A stretch of 64,000 nt of DNA from an uncultured Brachyspira sp. GTDB lineage: Bacteria; Spirochaetota; JAAYUW01. The position numbers and the translations under genes are program-made. The stretch's first letter is position 1. Each line of letters starts with the position of its first letter. A model generated the notes under the pieces. That model was not told where the DNA came from. It did no database searches and saw only the letters and a program-made list of their open reading frames with translations. Positions 40,367-50,770 of the stretch are shown here, in pieces. The stretch is from contig CAZOPR010000001.1 in NCBI GenBank assembly GCA_964581895.1, positions 258,489-322,488 of the forward strand, written 5' to 3'.

Positions 40367-41443
40367 TTATATATTAAAAATTCCTTTATTACAACCTCTA
40401 TCAACTTCAAATTGGATGGTGGTATGACTTATATGGTATTTTTCAGAAAGAATTTTATTTATATCTTCTAAAATTTTTGTTGATTCTGAAAGAGGGATAT
40501 CACAAAGTTCGACATGACCTTCAAAATAAATTGTTTTTTCATCGCTAAGCCATGTATGAACATGATGAAGAGAATTTACAGAAGGTAAAGATTCAATATC
40601 TTTTTTAATTTCTTGATAATCAAGATTAGCGGAACTTTGCATTAAAATATTTATCGTTTTTATAATAATCTTAAAACTTTCATAACCAAGATATAAAGCT
40701 ATTATTATAGTTATTATAGGGTCTATAAAATATATTTTGAAAATGTTTATTAAAATTGCTCCTAAGATTACTCCTACTGAAGAGATAGTATCTCCTAAAA
40801 GGTGGAGATAACTTGATCTTATATTTAAGCTATGATTTGAATCTTTATGAAGAAGAACTGTTGAAATTAGATTAGCTATAAGCCCTATTGTTGCTACTAT
40901 AAGCATGACAGAGCCTTTTATTTCAACTGGAGTTATAAATTTTTTGATGGCTTCAATGATCAATAAAATGCAGATAACTATAAGAAACTGAGAATTTAAA
41001 AAGGCGACTATTATCTGAGCTCTTTTATATCCATATGTTTTATTTTTATCTTTTTCTTTTTTGCTTATTATAAGAGCAAACCAGCTTAAAACTATTGCCA
41101 TTGTATCACCGAAATTATGAAAAGCATCTGAAAGAAGTGCAAGACTTTTAGAAAAAAGTCCTCCAATAATTTCTGAAATAGTTATTAAAAAATTTAAAAA
41201 AACTACAAAAAAGATTTTTTTTCTGCTTAAATCAATCTTTTCTGAAAAATTAAAATCATGTTCGTGATCATGTTCATGAATATGTTCATGTTTTTGGTTA
41301 TAGGTATTTTCATGTGAATGATTTGGTTCATCATCGCTAAATTGTTTTTCATCATTAAAATTATTTAAATTATTCATAATATTTCTCTTTTTTTTAATGT
41401 AACAATATTGTAAAAAAAGAAAAGCAGAAAATAAAAAAAACAA
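40367..41443 (-). CDS. cation diffusion facilitator (CDF) family metal transporter with N-terminal His-rich segment
   Basis: N-terminal HSHENTYNQKHEHIHEHDHEHD metal-binding stretch and six TM helices with the HxxxD motif (LHLLGDTISSVGVI). The C-terminal cytoplasmic domain has a HHVHTW motif. Confidence 0.75.
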   Translation of the reverse strand: MFFLFSAFLFLQYCYIKKKRNIMNNLNNFNDEKQFSDDEPNHSHENTYNQKHEHIHEHDHEHDFNFSEKIDLSRKKIFFVVFLNFLITISEIIGGLFSKSLALLSDAFHNFGDTMAIVLSWFALIISKKEKDKNKTYGYKRAQIIVAFLNSQFLIVICILLIIEAIKKFITPVEIKGSVMLIVATIGLIANLISTVLLHKDSNHSLNIRSSYLHLLGDTISSVGVILGAILINIFKIYFIDPIITIIIALYLGYESFKIIIKTINILMQSSANLDYQEIKKDIESLPSVNSLHHVHTWLSDEKTIYFEGHVELCDIPLSESTKILEDINKILSEKYHISHTTIQFEVDRGCNKGIFNI

Positions 41444-41603
41444 TATAATAAAAGAAAAATAAGAAAAATAATATCTCTTTTATATCAAATATAAATGGAA
41501 ATATATTTACTATTCTTATAAAATATAAGAAAATAATATAACTTTTATGCTTTGTTAAATATTTCTTTCTATATTTTAGACTATCATTAAAAATACTTAA
41601 TAA

Positions 41604-41629
41604 TTAAGAAAACTAATAAAGTTTCTTAA
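41604..41629. promoter_or_regulatory. near-perfect palindrome upstream of hybrid kinase gene (candidate operator)
   Basis: TTAAGAAAACT-AATAA-AGTTTCTTAA has 10-11 bp arms and a 5-bp spacer. It lies 140 bp upstream of the start codon at 41771. Confidence 0.3.
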
Positions 41630-41770
41630 CTAATTTATTTTTCCGAAAATTTAAAATAATTCATTATAAAATGCGAAAATATATATATGAAAAAATTATA
41701 TATCTTAAATAAAATTTCTTAAAATATATATCATAATTGGAAATTACATATTATAAAATAGAGAAAAAAA

Positions 41771-44248
41771 ATGCAAAAAAACACCAAAAAAGTCTTATTT
41801 ATAATAGGGATAATTAGTGTTCTTCTTATAGTTAGTCTCTTTTTATACATGAGACTTTCAAAGAATAAGGTAGAGACTGAATTAAACAAAGAAGAAATTG
41901 AATTCATTAAAAATAATAAAACAATTCATTTTGTAGGGCAGATAAACTATGCCCCATTTGAATTTATAGATAAAAATGGTGAGTATAATGGAATGATGAT
42001 AGACCTTCTTAGATGGATATCATATGAGTATGGTTTTAATATTACTTTTACACCAGCGAATTTCAAGGAAGCCCAGCAGATGGTCATCGAGGGGAAAGCA
42101 AACGGTATTTCTTCATTATTTTATAGTGAAAAAAGGGAACAATTTTTTGATTTCAGCCATCCCATATTTTTAGTCCCAGCTTCAATATTTGTTAGTAATC
42201 TTAGATACGATATAAATAGTTATAAGGATTTAAATGGGAAAAAAATAGGAATGCAAAGAGGAGATTACGCAGAAGAGTTCTTAAAAGAAAATAATATAAA
42301 GTGTGAAATAATCTATGTTGATGATTTTTACCAAGCAATCGATAAAATAGTTGAAAAAGAAGTTGATGCAGTAATTGGTGATGAGCAGGTCGTCTGGTAT
42401 CATATTTTTACTAAGAATTATCTTAATAAGGTTAAAATCATTGGAGAGCCTTTATATACTGGATTAAACTGTTTTGGACTACATAAAGGTAGTAGTACAC
42501 TTCTTAGTATATTAAATAAAGGAATTAAAAAAGCAAAAAAGGATGGTCTTTTAGATAGACTAACCAAAAAATGGATAGGTATATCTTATAAGCCAGAGAA
42601 AAGTGAAAATATAGATCTAAGATTATTAATAATCCTTTTAATAGTAATATTTATAGTTATTGTCATCCTTTCAGTTATGCTTTTTAGGACAATAAAAGAA
42701 AGCAGATTAATAAAAGAAACATCAGAACAAAGATTAAGAAAATTAATAGATTCTATACCTTTAATAATTTATCTTTGTGATCAGGATTTAAATATTGTAG
42801 AATATAACAAAGAATTCATTAAATTTTTCAATATTTTTAATTTTGAAAATAAAGATAAGTCAGAAATAATCAAAAATCTTTCTCATTTTAATATTGAAAA
42901 ATATTTTCCTACTCCTATGCTGGCTCAATTTAAGCAACTATCTTATGATGATGCTACCGTATTGCAATTAGAGCAAAATATAAAAAGAGAATCTGAAATA
43001 TTAAATATAGACTTAAAAAAAAGGATATTTTTAATAGATAAAATACTTATTAAATCTAAGTACGAAAAGATCAAATGGGTTTTAACACTTGCTAAAGATA
43101 TTACAGATGAAAAAAAAGCTGAAGAAGAGATATTAAGGATACAAAAACTTGAGTCTGTTGGACTTTTAGCTGGTAAAATCGCACATGATTTTAACAATGT
43201 GCTAACAGGTATAATAGGAAACTTAAGCTTAGCTCAGATTTATATTGACGATAGAAAAGAACTTGAAGAATTACTTACAAGCGCTAAAGAGGTTTCACTT
43301 CAAGCAAAATCAATTACTTCTCAACTTCTTGCTTTTGCAAAGGGCGGTAATCCCGTTAAAGAACTTTTTGACCCTCTTGAAGTAATAAGATCTGTAATGA
43401 ATTTTTCCTTAAAAGGCACTTCCGTAGATTATGAGCTTAAAACTGAAAGTGAAGAAAGATACTATATTTATGCAGATAAAAGCCAGTTTTTTCAGGCAAT
43501 AAATAACCTTATATTAAATGCTATTCAGGCAAATGATGGAAATGGCAAAGTAACATTAAGTATTTCATACAAAGATCTTGATAGTTTCAAAGATGAAAAG
43601 ATCGATAAAAAAAACTATTGCATAATTTCTGTTGAAGATGAAGGAAGTGGCATAAGTGAAGATGCCATAACAAAAATTTTTAATCCATTTTTTACAACAA
43701 AAACAGGTGGAAGTGGACTTGGACTTTCATCTGTAAAAACAATAACAAAAAATCATCAAGGTTATGTTTTCTTCGAAAATAAAAGAACCAAAGGTGCCAT
43801 TTTTTATCTTTTATTTCCTTCAACATCTGAAAAAATTTTGCCAAAAGAAAAAGAAAAAGTAAATGACAATAATTTTCAAAATTTTTCAATATTGATACTT
43901 GATGATGATGAAATAGTTGTCGATACAGCAAAAAAAATATTTCAGTATTTTAACTGTTCTGTTAAAGCATCAAAAAGCATTGAAGATTTTTTCAATATCT
44001 TAGATAACAATAAATTTGATATATGCATCTTAGATTTAGTAATCCCTGGTTCAATAGGTGGTGAAGAGGTTATAAAAGTTATAAAAAACAAATATCCTTC
44101 TATGATTTATGTCGTTTCAAGTGGATATTCAAGCAATCCAGTTCTTGCAAATTATATAGATTATGGCTTTGATTATGTATTAAAAAAACCTTATGACTTC
44201 GAGGATGTTAAAATTTTATTAAGTAAAATATTAAAAGAGAAAAAATAA
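41771..44248 (+). CDS. hybrid sensor histidine kinase/response regulator with N-terminal periplasmic solute-binding (SBP_bac_3) domain
   Basis: Signal/TM anchor, then a ~230 aa family-3 SBP-like domain, then a TM (LLIILLIVIFIVIVILSVMLF). The HisKA H-box is LAGKIAHDFNNVLTGIIGNLSLA and the HATPase_c boxes are NLILNAIQAN, DEGSGIS and GGSGLGLS. A C-terminal receiver domain follows (ILILDDDEIVVD ... ICILDLVIPG ... K). Confidence 0.85.
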   Translation: MQKNTKKVLFIIGIISVLLIVSLFLYMRLSKNKVETELNKEEIEFIKNNKTIHFVGQINYAPFEFIDKNGEYNGMMIDLLRWISYEYGFNITFTPANFKEAQQMVIEGKANGISSLFYSEKREQFFDFSHPIFLVPASIFVSNLRYDINSYKDLNGKKIGMQRGDYAEEFLKENNIKCEIIYVDDFYQAIDKIVEKEVDAVIGDEQVVWYHIFTKNYLNKVKIIGEPLYTGLNCFGLHKGSSTLLSILNKGIKKAKKDGLLDRLTKKWIGISYKPEKSENIDLRLLIILLIVIFIVIVILSVMLFRTIKESRLIKETSEQRLRKLIDSIPLIIYLCDQDLNIVEYNKEFIKFFNIFNFENKDKSEIIKNLSHFNIEKYFPTPMLAQFKQLSYDDATVLQLEQNIKRESEILNIDLKKRIFLIDKILIKSKYEKIKWVLTLAKDITDEKKAEEEILRIQKLESVGLLAGKIAHDFNNVLTGIIGNLSLAQIYIDDRKELEELLTSAKEVSLQAKSITSQLLAFAKGGNPVKELFDPLEVIRSVMNFSLKGTSVDYELKTESEERYYIYADKSQFFQAINNLILNAIQANDGNGKVTLSISYKDLDSFKDEKIDKKNYCIISVEDEGSGISEDAITKIFNPFFTTKTGGSGLGLSSVKTITKNHQGYVFFENKRTKGAIFYLLFPSTSEKILPKEKEKVNDNNFQNFSILILDDDEIVVDTAKKIFQYFNCSVKASKSIEDFFNILDNNKFDICILDLVIPGSIGGEEVIKVIKNKYPSMIYVVSSGYSSNPVLANYIDYGFDYVLKKPYDFEDVKILLSKILKEKK

Positions 44249-44424
44249 TTTTTAATTTTGATTATTAAAATTAATAAACAAAAGAAAACAAAGTAAAATC
44301 AAAATCAATCAAAATAATTCAAACAATGCAAAATACTTAAAAGTATATTAGTAGTAAAGAATAATAGAAATACTTTTTCTATGGAAATCATTAAAAAAGA
44401 ACTCAAATAAAAAAGGAGAAATTT

Positions 44425-45459
44425 ATGGGTTTTTATTATTATCCTGAAGATTATGAACCTTATCTAACACTTAAAGAAACAGAAAAAGCAATTTTGGATA
44501 TCAAAGATTTTTTTCAGACTTATCTTTCTGCGCAATTGAAACTTCGTAGAGTTACAGCGCCTTTATACTTAAAAGAAGGAACTGGTTTAAATGATGACTT
44601 AAATGGTATCGAAAAACCTGTAAAATTTAAACCAAAATCAATTGAAGAAAATGTTGAAATAGTTCAATCACTTGCGAAATGGAAAAGGATGATGCTTGCA
44701 GATTATGGGATTGAAAAAGGTTATGGTTTGTATACCGATATGAATGCAATTAGAGCGGATGAAGAACTCGATAATCTTCATTCTATATATGTTGACCAAT
44801 GGGATTGGGAACTTGTAATGGATGAAGAAGATAGGAATTTAAATTTTTTAAAAAATATTGTAGAAAAAATATATTCTACTTTAGTGGCTACAGAATTTTT
44901 AGTATATGAAAGTTATCCAAAGATTAAGCCAATTTTGCCAGAAAAGATTACTTTTATTCATAGCCAGCAGCTTTTAAGCATGTATCCAGATAAAACTCCT
45001 CAGGAACGAGAAAATATTGCTGCTGAAAAATATGGTGCAATCTTTATTATAGGTATTGGAGCATATTTATCAGATGGTAAACCTCATGATGGAAGAGCTC
45101 CCGATTATGATGATTGGATTTCTGAAAATGATGATGGATATTTAGGATTAAATGGAGACATTATAGTCTGGCATCCGATTATCAAAAGAGCTTTTGAAAT
45201 AAGTTCAATGGGGATAAGAGTAAATCAAAAATCGCTTATTAAACAACTAGAAATAAGAAATTGTATGGAAAGAAGAAATCTACTTTTTCATAAAAGATTA
45301 TTAAATGGAGAACTTCCACAGACAATTGGTGGAGGAATAGGGCAATCAAGACTTTGCATGTTTTTTTTAAGAAAAGTTCATATAGGTGAAGTTCAAGCAA
45401 GTGTCTGGACTGATGAAATAGTGGAGAACTGCAAAAAAGCAAATATAGTTTTAATGTAA
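44425..45459 (+). CDS. asnA: aspartate--ammonia ligase (asparagine synthetase A)
   Basis: Strong AsnA-like conservation: ..RVTAPLYLKEGTGLNDDLNG ... VQSLAKWKRMMLADYG ... GLYTDMNAIRADEELDNLHSIYVDQWDWELVM ... QSRLCMFFL. RBS AAGGAG lies 8 nt upstream. Confidence 0.85.
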   Translation: MGFYYYPEDYEPYLTLKETEKAILDIKDFFQTYLSAQLKLRRVTAPLYLKEGTGLNDDLNGIEKPVKFKPKSIEENVEIVQSLAKWKRMMLADYGIEKGYGLYTDMNAIRADEELDNLHSIYVDQWDWELVMDEEDRNLNFLKNIVEKIYSTLVATEFLVYESYPKIKPILPEKITFIHSQQLLSMYPDKTPQERENIAAEKYGAIFIIGIGAYLSDGKPHDGRAPDYDDWISENDDGYLGLNGDIIVWHPIIKRAFEISSMGIRVNQKSLIKQLEIRNCMERRNLLFHKRLLNGELPQTIGGGIGQSRLCMFFLRKVHIGEVQASVWTDEIVENCKKANIVLM

Positions 45460-45547
45460 AAACAAAAAAAAAAATTTGAATTTTTTAAAACTCCTAATAT
45501 AATTAAAATAGAGGTTGTTAAAATCTTTTAAGTTAGGAGGTTTTTTT

Positions 45548-46486
45548 ATGAAACTTAAATATCTTATAATTTTAATCTTTGTGGTTCTATTCGCTACATT
45601 TTTTGTGTCTGCTGATAAAATTTTCTTAAATATTGGTACTGGTGGAACAGCTGGGACTTATTATCCATTAGGTGGTGCAATTGCTGAAATTTTGAATTCC
45701 AAACTTACTAATGTCAACGTAACAGCTGTTTCCACTGGTGGTTCTGTTGCAAACATAAATATGCTTAAGGAAAATTCTATTCAACTGGCTTTTGTTCAAA
45801 ATGATGTAGCATATTATGCCTACAACGGGATAGAGTTTTTCCAGGATAAAAAATTTACAGGTATGAAAGCTCTATGTTCTTTATACCCCGAAACTGTGCA
45901 GATTGTAACTTTAGCAAATAAGGGGATCAAGACAATATATGATTTAAAAGGCAAAAGAGTTGCAGTTGGTGCTGCAGGAAGTGGAGTAGAAGTAAATGCA
46001 AGACAGATTCTCGCAGCTGCTGGTTTAACATATAAAGATATTTCAGTACAATATCTTTCATTTGCAGATGCTGCAAATGGTTTAAGAGACGGGACTCTTG
46101 ATGTTGCATTTTTAACAGCTGGACTTCCTACTGCTGCTGTACGAGATATTGCTTCTCAAAAAGATATTATGCTTATCAAAATTCCAGACAATATAGTAAA
46201 AGACTTGATTTCAAAATATCCATTTTACATAAAAACTGTTATCCCAAAAGACACATATCCAAAAGTAACAGAAGATATTCAATCTCTTGCAGTACTTGCT
46301 ATGCTTGTTGTTAGAGATGATATGACAGATGATTTAGCATATTCTATAGTAAAAGCTATTTTTGAAAACCTTCAAAGACTTGAAGTGGCTCATCAGATGG
46401 GAAAATTTATCAAAAAAGAAAACGCTTTATTTGGAATTTCAATCCCAATGCATCCAGGTGCAGAGAAATATTTTAAAGGTAAATAA
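45548..46486 (+). CDS. TRAP transporter solute-binding subunit, TAXI family
   Basis: Signal peptide, then TAXI motifs IGTGGTAGTYYPLGGAIAEIL and VSTGGSVANINMLKENSIQLAFVQNDVAYYA. GGAGG 7 nt upstream of ATG 45548; the listed start at 45515 is an upstream TTG. Confidence 0.8.
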   Translation: MKLKYLIILIFVVLFATFFVSADKIFLNIGTGGTAGTYYPLGGAIAEILNSKLTNVNVTAVSTGGSVANINMLKENSIQLAFVQNDVAYYAYNGIEFFQDKKFTGMKALCSLYPETVQIVTLANKGIKTIYDLKGKRVAVGAAGSGVEVNARQILAAAGLTYKDISVQYLSFADAANGLRDGTLDVAFLTAGLPTAAVRDIASQKDIMLIKIPDNIVKDLISKYPFYIKTVIPKDTYPKVTEDIQSLAVLAMLVVRDDMTDDLAYSIVKAIFENLQRLEVAHQMGKFIKKENALFGISIPMHPGAEKYFKGK

Positions 46487-46546
46487 TTACTTAGATAGAT
46501 TAAATATTTAAGCTAAATATTAAAAAACAATTATTTATCTTTTTAA

Positions 46547-46578
46547 AAAAGGAGGAGGTTTGCCTCCTTCTTTTTCTT
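46547..46578 (+). terminator. rho-independent terminator between TAXI-SBP and TRAP permease genes
   Basis: AGGAGG / CCTCCT stem (extended by G-U and G-C pairs) with a TTTG loop, followed by CTTTTTCTT. Confidence 0.65.
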
Positions 46579-46652
46579 AATAATTTATCTGGCTTTTATA
46601 TTTATAGATTTGTAGATAATATATTTGACAAAGGTGCAATTGATGAGGGGGT

Positions 46653-48674
46653 ATGATGTCAGACACCAACAATGAAGAATTACAAAAGGTTCTTGAAAAG
46701 GTTGATAAAGAATCAACACATAGAAATCTAAGTGGTTTTTCAGGTAAGGCAGTATTTGTCATATGTATAATGCTTAGCTTATTTCAAGTTTTAAATATCT
46801 TTAATATTTTTAGAATAGATGCACATCAAACAAGAGCAGTTCACCTTGCTTTTATACTACTTCTTGTTTATTTTCTTTATCCAGTTTCTAAAAAATCTAA
46901 TAGGAAAAAAATTTCTATTATAGATCTCTTTTTAGGAATAGTAGCATTTTGCTGCATGTTCTATATAATAGTTTTTTATAAACAACTTGTCATGAGAGCT
47001 GGTATAACATATACCATAGATTTAATAATTGGTGGCATTGCGATCTTACTTATTTTAGAAGCTGCAAGAAGAATTATTGGACTTCCAATGGTTATAATTG
47101 CTATAATTTTTATACTTTATGCTTTTTTTGGGGAATCGATGCCAAATCTAATAGCTCACAGAAATGTCACCGTAAAGCAGCTTGTAAATCATCTTTTCTT
47201 CACCACAGAAGGAATTTTTGGCATACCTGTTGGCGTTTCTTCGACATTTTTGTTTATGTTCTTGCTTTTTGCTGCCTTTATAGAAAAAACTGGTGTTGGA
47301 AAGCTCTTTATAGATATTGGGAATGCTCTGGCCGGTTGGGCATCTGGTGGTCCTGCAAAAGTAGCTGTTGTTACAAGCGCTTTTGAGGGTATGGTAGAAG
47401 GATCAAGTGTATCAAATGTTGTTGGTTCTGGAAGTTTTACTATACCTATGATGAAAAAACTTGGATATAAACCTGAATTTGCCGGTGCTGTTGAAGCGAC
47501 CGCATCAACTGGTGGGCAGATAATGCCTCCTATAATGGGAGCAGCTGCATTTTTGATGGCTGAATTTTTGGGTATTAAATATACTCAAGTAGCGAAAGCA
47601 GCAATAATCCCAGCATTTTTATATTTTATGGGAGTTTTTGCAGGAGTTCATTTTGAGGCTAAAAAGTTAGGCCTTAAAGGCATGCCAAGAAATGAATTAC
47701 CGAAATTTAAATATATCATGCTTCAAGAAGGACATCTTTTTCTTCCATTGGTTGCTATTATCTATCTTCTTGTTTCTGGCTATTCTTTGCAAACAGTTGC
47801 ATTAGGGTCAATTGTTATCGCAATTTTAGCTTCTATGATAAGAAAATCAACAAGAATTACAGTTAAAGATTTTTTTGAGGCATTAGAAAAAGGCGCTCGC
47901 TCGGCTTTAGGAGTTGCTACTGCTTGTGCTACAGCTGGAATAATAGTTGGTGTCGTTACAAAAACTGGTATAGGATTAAAACTTGCAAGTGCTCTTATTG
48001 TTGTTGCAAATAACGTTGCAACATCTTTCGGTAATTTTCTTGGAAATATTTATCAGTTTTTAAATATGCAAAATGTTATGCAACTTGCGACTAATGCTAC
48101 AACTACTACTAAACTTATGTTAACATTATTTATGGCTATGATTACTTCTATAATACTTGGTATGGGTGTTCCAACTACTGCAAACTATATTATAACTTCA
48201 ACTATTGCAGCTCCAGCTCTTTTAATGCTTTCAGTTAGACCTATTGCTGCACATTTATTTGTATTTTATTTTGGAATTGTGGCAGATATAACGCCACCAG
48301 TGGCTTTGGCAGCATATGCAGGAGCAGCTATAGCAAAAGCAAATCCACTTAAGACTGGTGTTACCGCTACAAGATTAGCTATAGGAGCATTTATCATTCC
48401 TTATATGTTTGTCCTTTCGCCTCAACTTCTATTGTTAGGAGGCAATTTTTTCCATCTTATTCTATCAATAGCAACAGCTGTTATAGGTATGATTTCGATA
48501 AGTGCAGCATTGAGTGCTTATTTATTGAAGCCACTTAAAAAAATAGAGTCAGTTATTTTATTTTTTGCTGGATTAATGCTTATAGACCCAAATATAATTA
48601 CAGATATTATTGGCATTGGTATAATATTAATAATAGCATTCTGGCAAAGATTTATTGAAAGGAGAAAAAAATAA
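46653..48674 (+). CDS. TRAP transporter fused permease (TAXI-type, DctQ-DctM-like fusion)
   Basis: A 673 aa polytopic membrane protein of >16 TM helices with DctM-like motifs (..AFEGMVEGSSVSNVVGSGSFTIPMMKKLGYKPEFAGAVEATASTGGQIMPPIMGAAAF..), adjacent to the TAXI binding protein. Confidence 0.8.
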   Translation: MMSDTNNEELQKVLEKVDKESTHRNLSGFSGKAVFVICIMLSLFQVLNIFNIFRIDAHQTRAVHLAFILLLVYFLYPVSKKSNRKKISIIDLFLGIVAFCCMFYIIVFYKQLVMRAGITYTIDLIIGGIAILLILEAARRIIGLPMVIIAIIFILYAFFGESMPNLIAHRNVTVKQLVNHLFFTTEGIFGIPVGVSSTFLFMFLLFAAFIEKTGVGKLFIDIGNALAGWASGGPAKVAVVTSAFEGMVEGSSVSNVVGSGSFTIPMMKKLGYKPEFAGAVEATASTGGQIMPPIMGAAAFLMAEFLGIKYTQVAKAAIIPAFLYFMGVFAGVHFEAKKLGLKGMPRNELPKFKYIMLQEGHLFLPLVAIIYLLVSGYSLQTVALGSIVIAILASMIRKSTRITVKDFFEALEKGARSALGVATACATAGIIVGVVTKTGIGLKLASALIVVANNVATSFGNFLGNIYQFLNMQNVMQLATNATTTTKLMLTLFMAMITSIILGMGVPTTANYIITSTIAAPALLMLSVRPIAAHLFVFYFGIVADITPPVALAAYAGAAIAKANPLKTGVTATRLAIGAFIIPYMFVLSPQLLLLGGNFFHLILSIATAVIGMISISAALSAYLLKPLKKIESVILFFAGLMLIDPNIITDIIGIGIILIIAFWQRFIERRKK

Positions 48675-48718
48675 TTTTTCTTGACATAAATTTAAAAAGA
48701 TAGCTATTTAACAAGCAG

Positions 48719-49300
48719 ATGAATAAAATTTTACCTATTTTAATAGTGATCTCTGGTCCATCGGCAGCAGGCAAATCTACTCTTCGATCTATGCTTTTGC
48801 AGAATCATCCTGAACTTACTTATTCGATTTCTTACACTACAAGAAAACCAAGACCAAATGAAAAGGATGGGGTCGATTATTTCTTTATCAGTACTGAAGA
48901 ATTTAAGAAAAAAATTTCTGAAGATGATTATCTTGAATATGCAATTGTTTATGACAATTTTTATGGTACAAGCAAAAGCCAGGTAGAAAAAGTCATAAAA
49001 AGTGGTAGACCTATAATACTTGAGGTTGATGTTCAGGGAGCAGAAAATATAATAAAAAAATATCCAGATTGCTGCTCGATTTTCATAGCTCCTCCTTCTT
49101 TAAATGCACTAGTTGAGCGCTTTTCTTCAAGAGGAACTGAAAATGAGCAGGAAATAGAAAAAAGAATAAATGAAGCAAAAAAGGAACTTTTAAAACAGAA
49201 AATCTTTAAGTATGTTATAGTTAACGATAATCTTGAAGAATCATATAAAAACCTTGAAAATATAATATATAGCTATCAAAAGGAGTACCATAAATTGTAA
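48719..49300 (+). CDS. gmk: guanylate kinase
   Basis: P-loop ISGPSAAGKSTL, SYTTRKPRPNEKDGVDYFFIS, and ..ILEVDVQGA.. Confidence 0.9.
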   Translation: MNKILPILIVISGPSAAGKSTLRSMLLQNHPELTYSISYTTRKPRPNEKDGVDYFFISTEEFKKKISEDDYLEYAIVYDNFYGTSKSQVEKVIKSGRPIILEVDVQGAENIIKKYPDCCSIFIAPPSLNALVERFSSRGTENEQEIEKRINEAKKELLKQKIFKYVIVNDNLEESYKNLENIIYSYQKEYHKL

Positions 49301-49388
49301 GAATTGCTGAAATAATATTTTGAAATAATAAAAAATTATAAGGTTTTGAATAAAATTAAATAAATTATTTAAAAATTTTGGAGGATAG

Positions 49389-49649
49389 ATGATGAAGGAT
49401 AAATTTCCACTTTATGAGATTATAAATTATAAAGGGAACAGATACGAACTTGTAAGGGCTTGCGCTTTAAGAGCATATCATCTTATTTTAAAAAAGAAGG
49501 AAGAGCAAAAAGGAAATGAAAGCGATATTTCCTCATCAAATAAATATAATAATAAAAAAGATATGAAATTTCAGGCAATTGCTATGTCTGAGGTTTTAAG
49601 AAATAGAATCAAATTCTACAATGCTGATAAAGAAAAAATCAATAAATAA
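49389..49649 (+). CDS. rpoZ: DNA-directed RNA polymerase subunit omega
   Basis: Small ORF immediately after gmk (the conserved gmk-rpoZ pair) with the omega core ..NRYELVRACALRAYHL. Confidence 0.6.
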   Translation: MMKDKFPLYEIINYKGNRYELVRACALRAYHLILKKKEEQKGNESDISSSNKYNNKKDMKFQAIAMSEVLRNRIKFYNADKEKINK

Positions 49650-49693
49650 TTTCAATAAATGATTTTAAAAAATAGATAAATATCCTTAAAAAA

Positions 49694-50767
49694 GTGATCA
49701 AAAAAGTTGTTTATATTGTAGGACCCACAGCCTCTGGCAAGACGAAGATATCAAATAATTTAGCTTTATATTTTAACCACCCTATTTTATCAATGGATTC
49801 GATGCAGATCTATAAAGAAATGAATGTTGGCACAAGTAAGCCATCGAATGAAGAATTAAAAAAAATCAAATACTATGGTATCGATATTGTTGAAATAGAG
49901 CAGCATTATAGTGCGGCAGAATATATTAAATATGCAAAAGAGGTCATATCAAAACTTGATGAAAATTTATTATTAATTGTTGGTGGAACTGGTTTATATT
50001 ATGATGGACTAACTTTGGGTTTTTCAAAAATTCCACCAATAGATAAAATGATAAGAGAAAATCTTTTAAGTTTATACAAAGAAAATGGAATTGATTTTTT
50101 ATATAAAAAACTTTGTGAGATTGATATTGAATATTCTCAAAAAATTGCTAAAAATGACTTAAAAAGGATTATCAGAGCACTTGAAGTTTTCGAAATAACC
50201 AAAAAACCTTTCTCCTTTTTTCATAAAGAAAAAGATATTGAACCTTTGAATTTAAAAAATAAAAGATATGGAATTTATCTTCCCAGAAAAAGATTATATA
50301 ATATTATTGATGAAAGAGTTGATTTGATGTTTGAAAATGGCTTTATTGAAGAGGCAAAAATTCTTTATACAAAATATTTTAATAAAGATTTACCTGCGTT
50401 AAAAGCTCTTGGATATTTTGACCTTTTTGAATATTTCGAAGGCAAAATCTCGATAGAAAAGGCTAAAGAAAATATCAAACAAAAAACAAGAAATTATGCC
50501 AAAAGACAGTTAACCTGGTTTAAAAGAGATGAAAATATAAAATGGCTTATTTTACTAAATGAAAATGAACTTGATATTGCAAAAAATATTAAAGTTGATA
50601 ATTTTAATCAAGTAAAACCTAAAAGAAAAAAAAATAGATTAAATTTTGAAAATATTGAATATGAACTTAAAGAATTTATTAGCTCGACAAAAAACTATGA
50701 ATTTGTTTTAGAAAATTTTGTTGTTGACTACTTAAAAGAAGAAATAGTTGAATTTATGAAGGATTAA
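49694..50767 (+). CDS. miaA: tRNA dimethylallyltransferase MiaA (GTG start)
   Basis: P-loop IVGPTASGKTKIS, then ..LSMDSMQIYKEMNVGTSKPS, ..IVGGTGLY.., and ..NYAKRQLTWFKRD. Confidence 0.85.
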   Translation: MIKKVVYIVGPTASGKTKISNNLALYFNHPILSMDSMQIYKEMNVGTSKPSNEELKKIKYYGIDIVEIEQHYSAAEYIKYAKEVISKLDENLLLIVGGTGLYYDGLTLGFSKIPPIDKMIRENLLSLYKENGIDFLYKKLCEIDIEYSQKIAKNDLKRIIRALEVFEITKKPFSFFHKEKDIEPLNLKNKRYGIYLPRKRLYNIIDERVDLMFENGFIEEAKILYTKYFNKDLPALKALGYFDLFEYFEGKISIEKAKENIKQKTRNYAKRQLTWFKRDENIKWLILLNENELDIAKNIKVDNFNQVKPKRKKNRLNFENIEYELKEFISSTKNYEFVLENFVVDYLKEEIVEFMKD

Positions 50768-50770
50768 AAA

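Noticed and set aside
44249-44275. AT-only palindrome TTAATTTTGATTATTAAAATTAA after the hybrid kinase gene as a terminator
   Set aside because: The stem is entirely A/T (very weak) and no T-run follows. It is probably a chance palindrome in AT-rich DNA.
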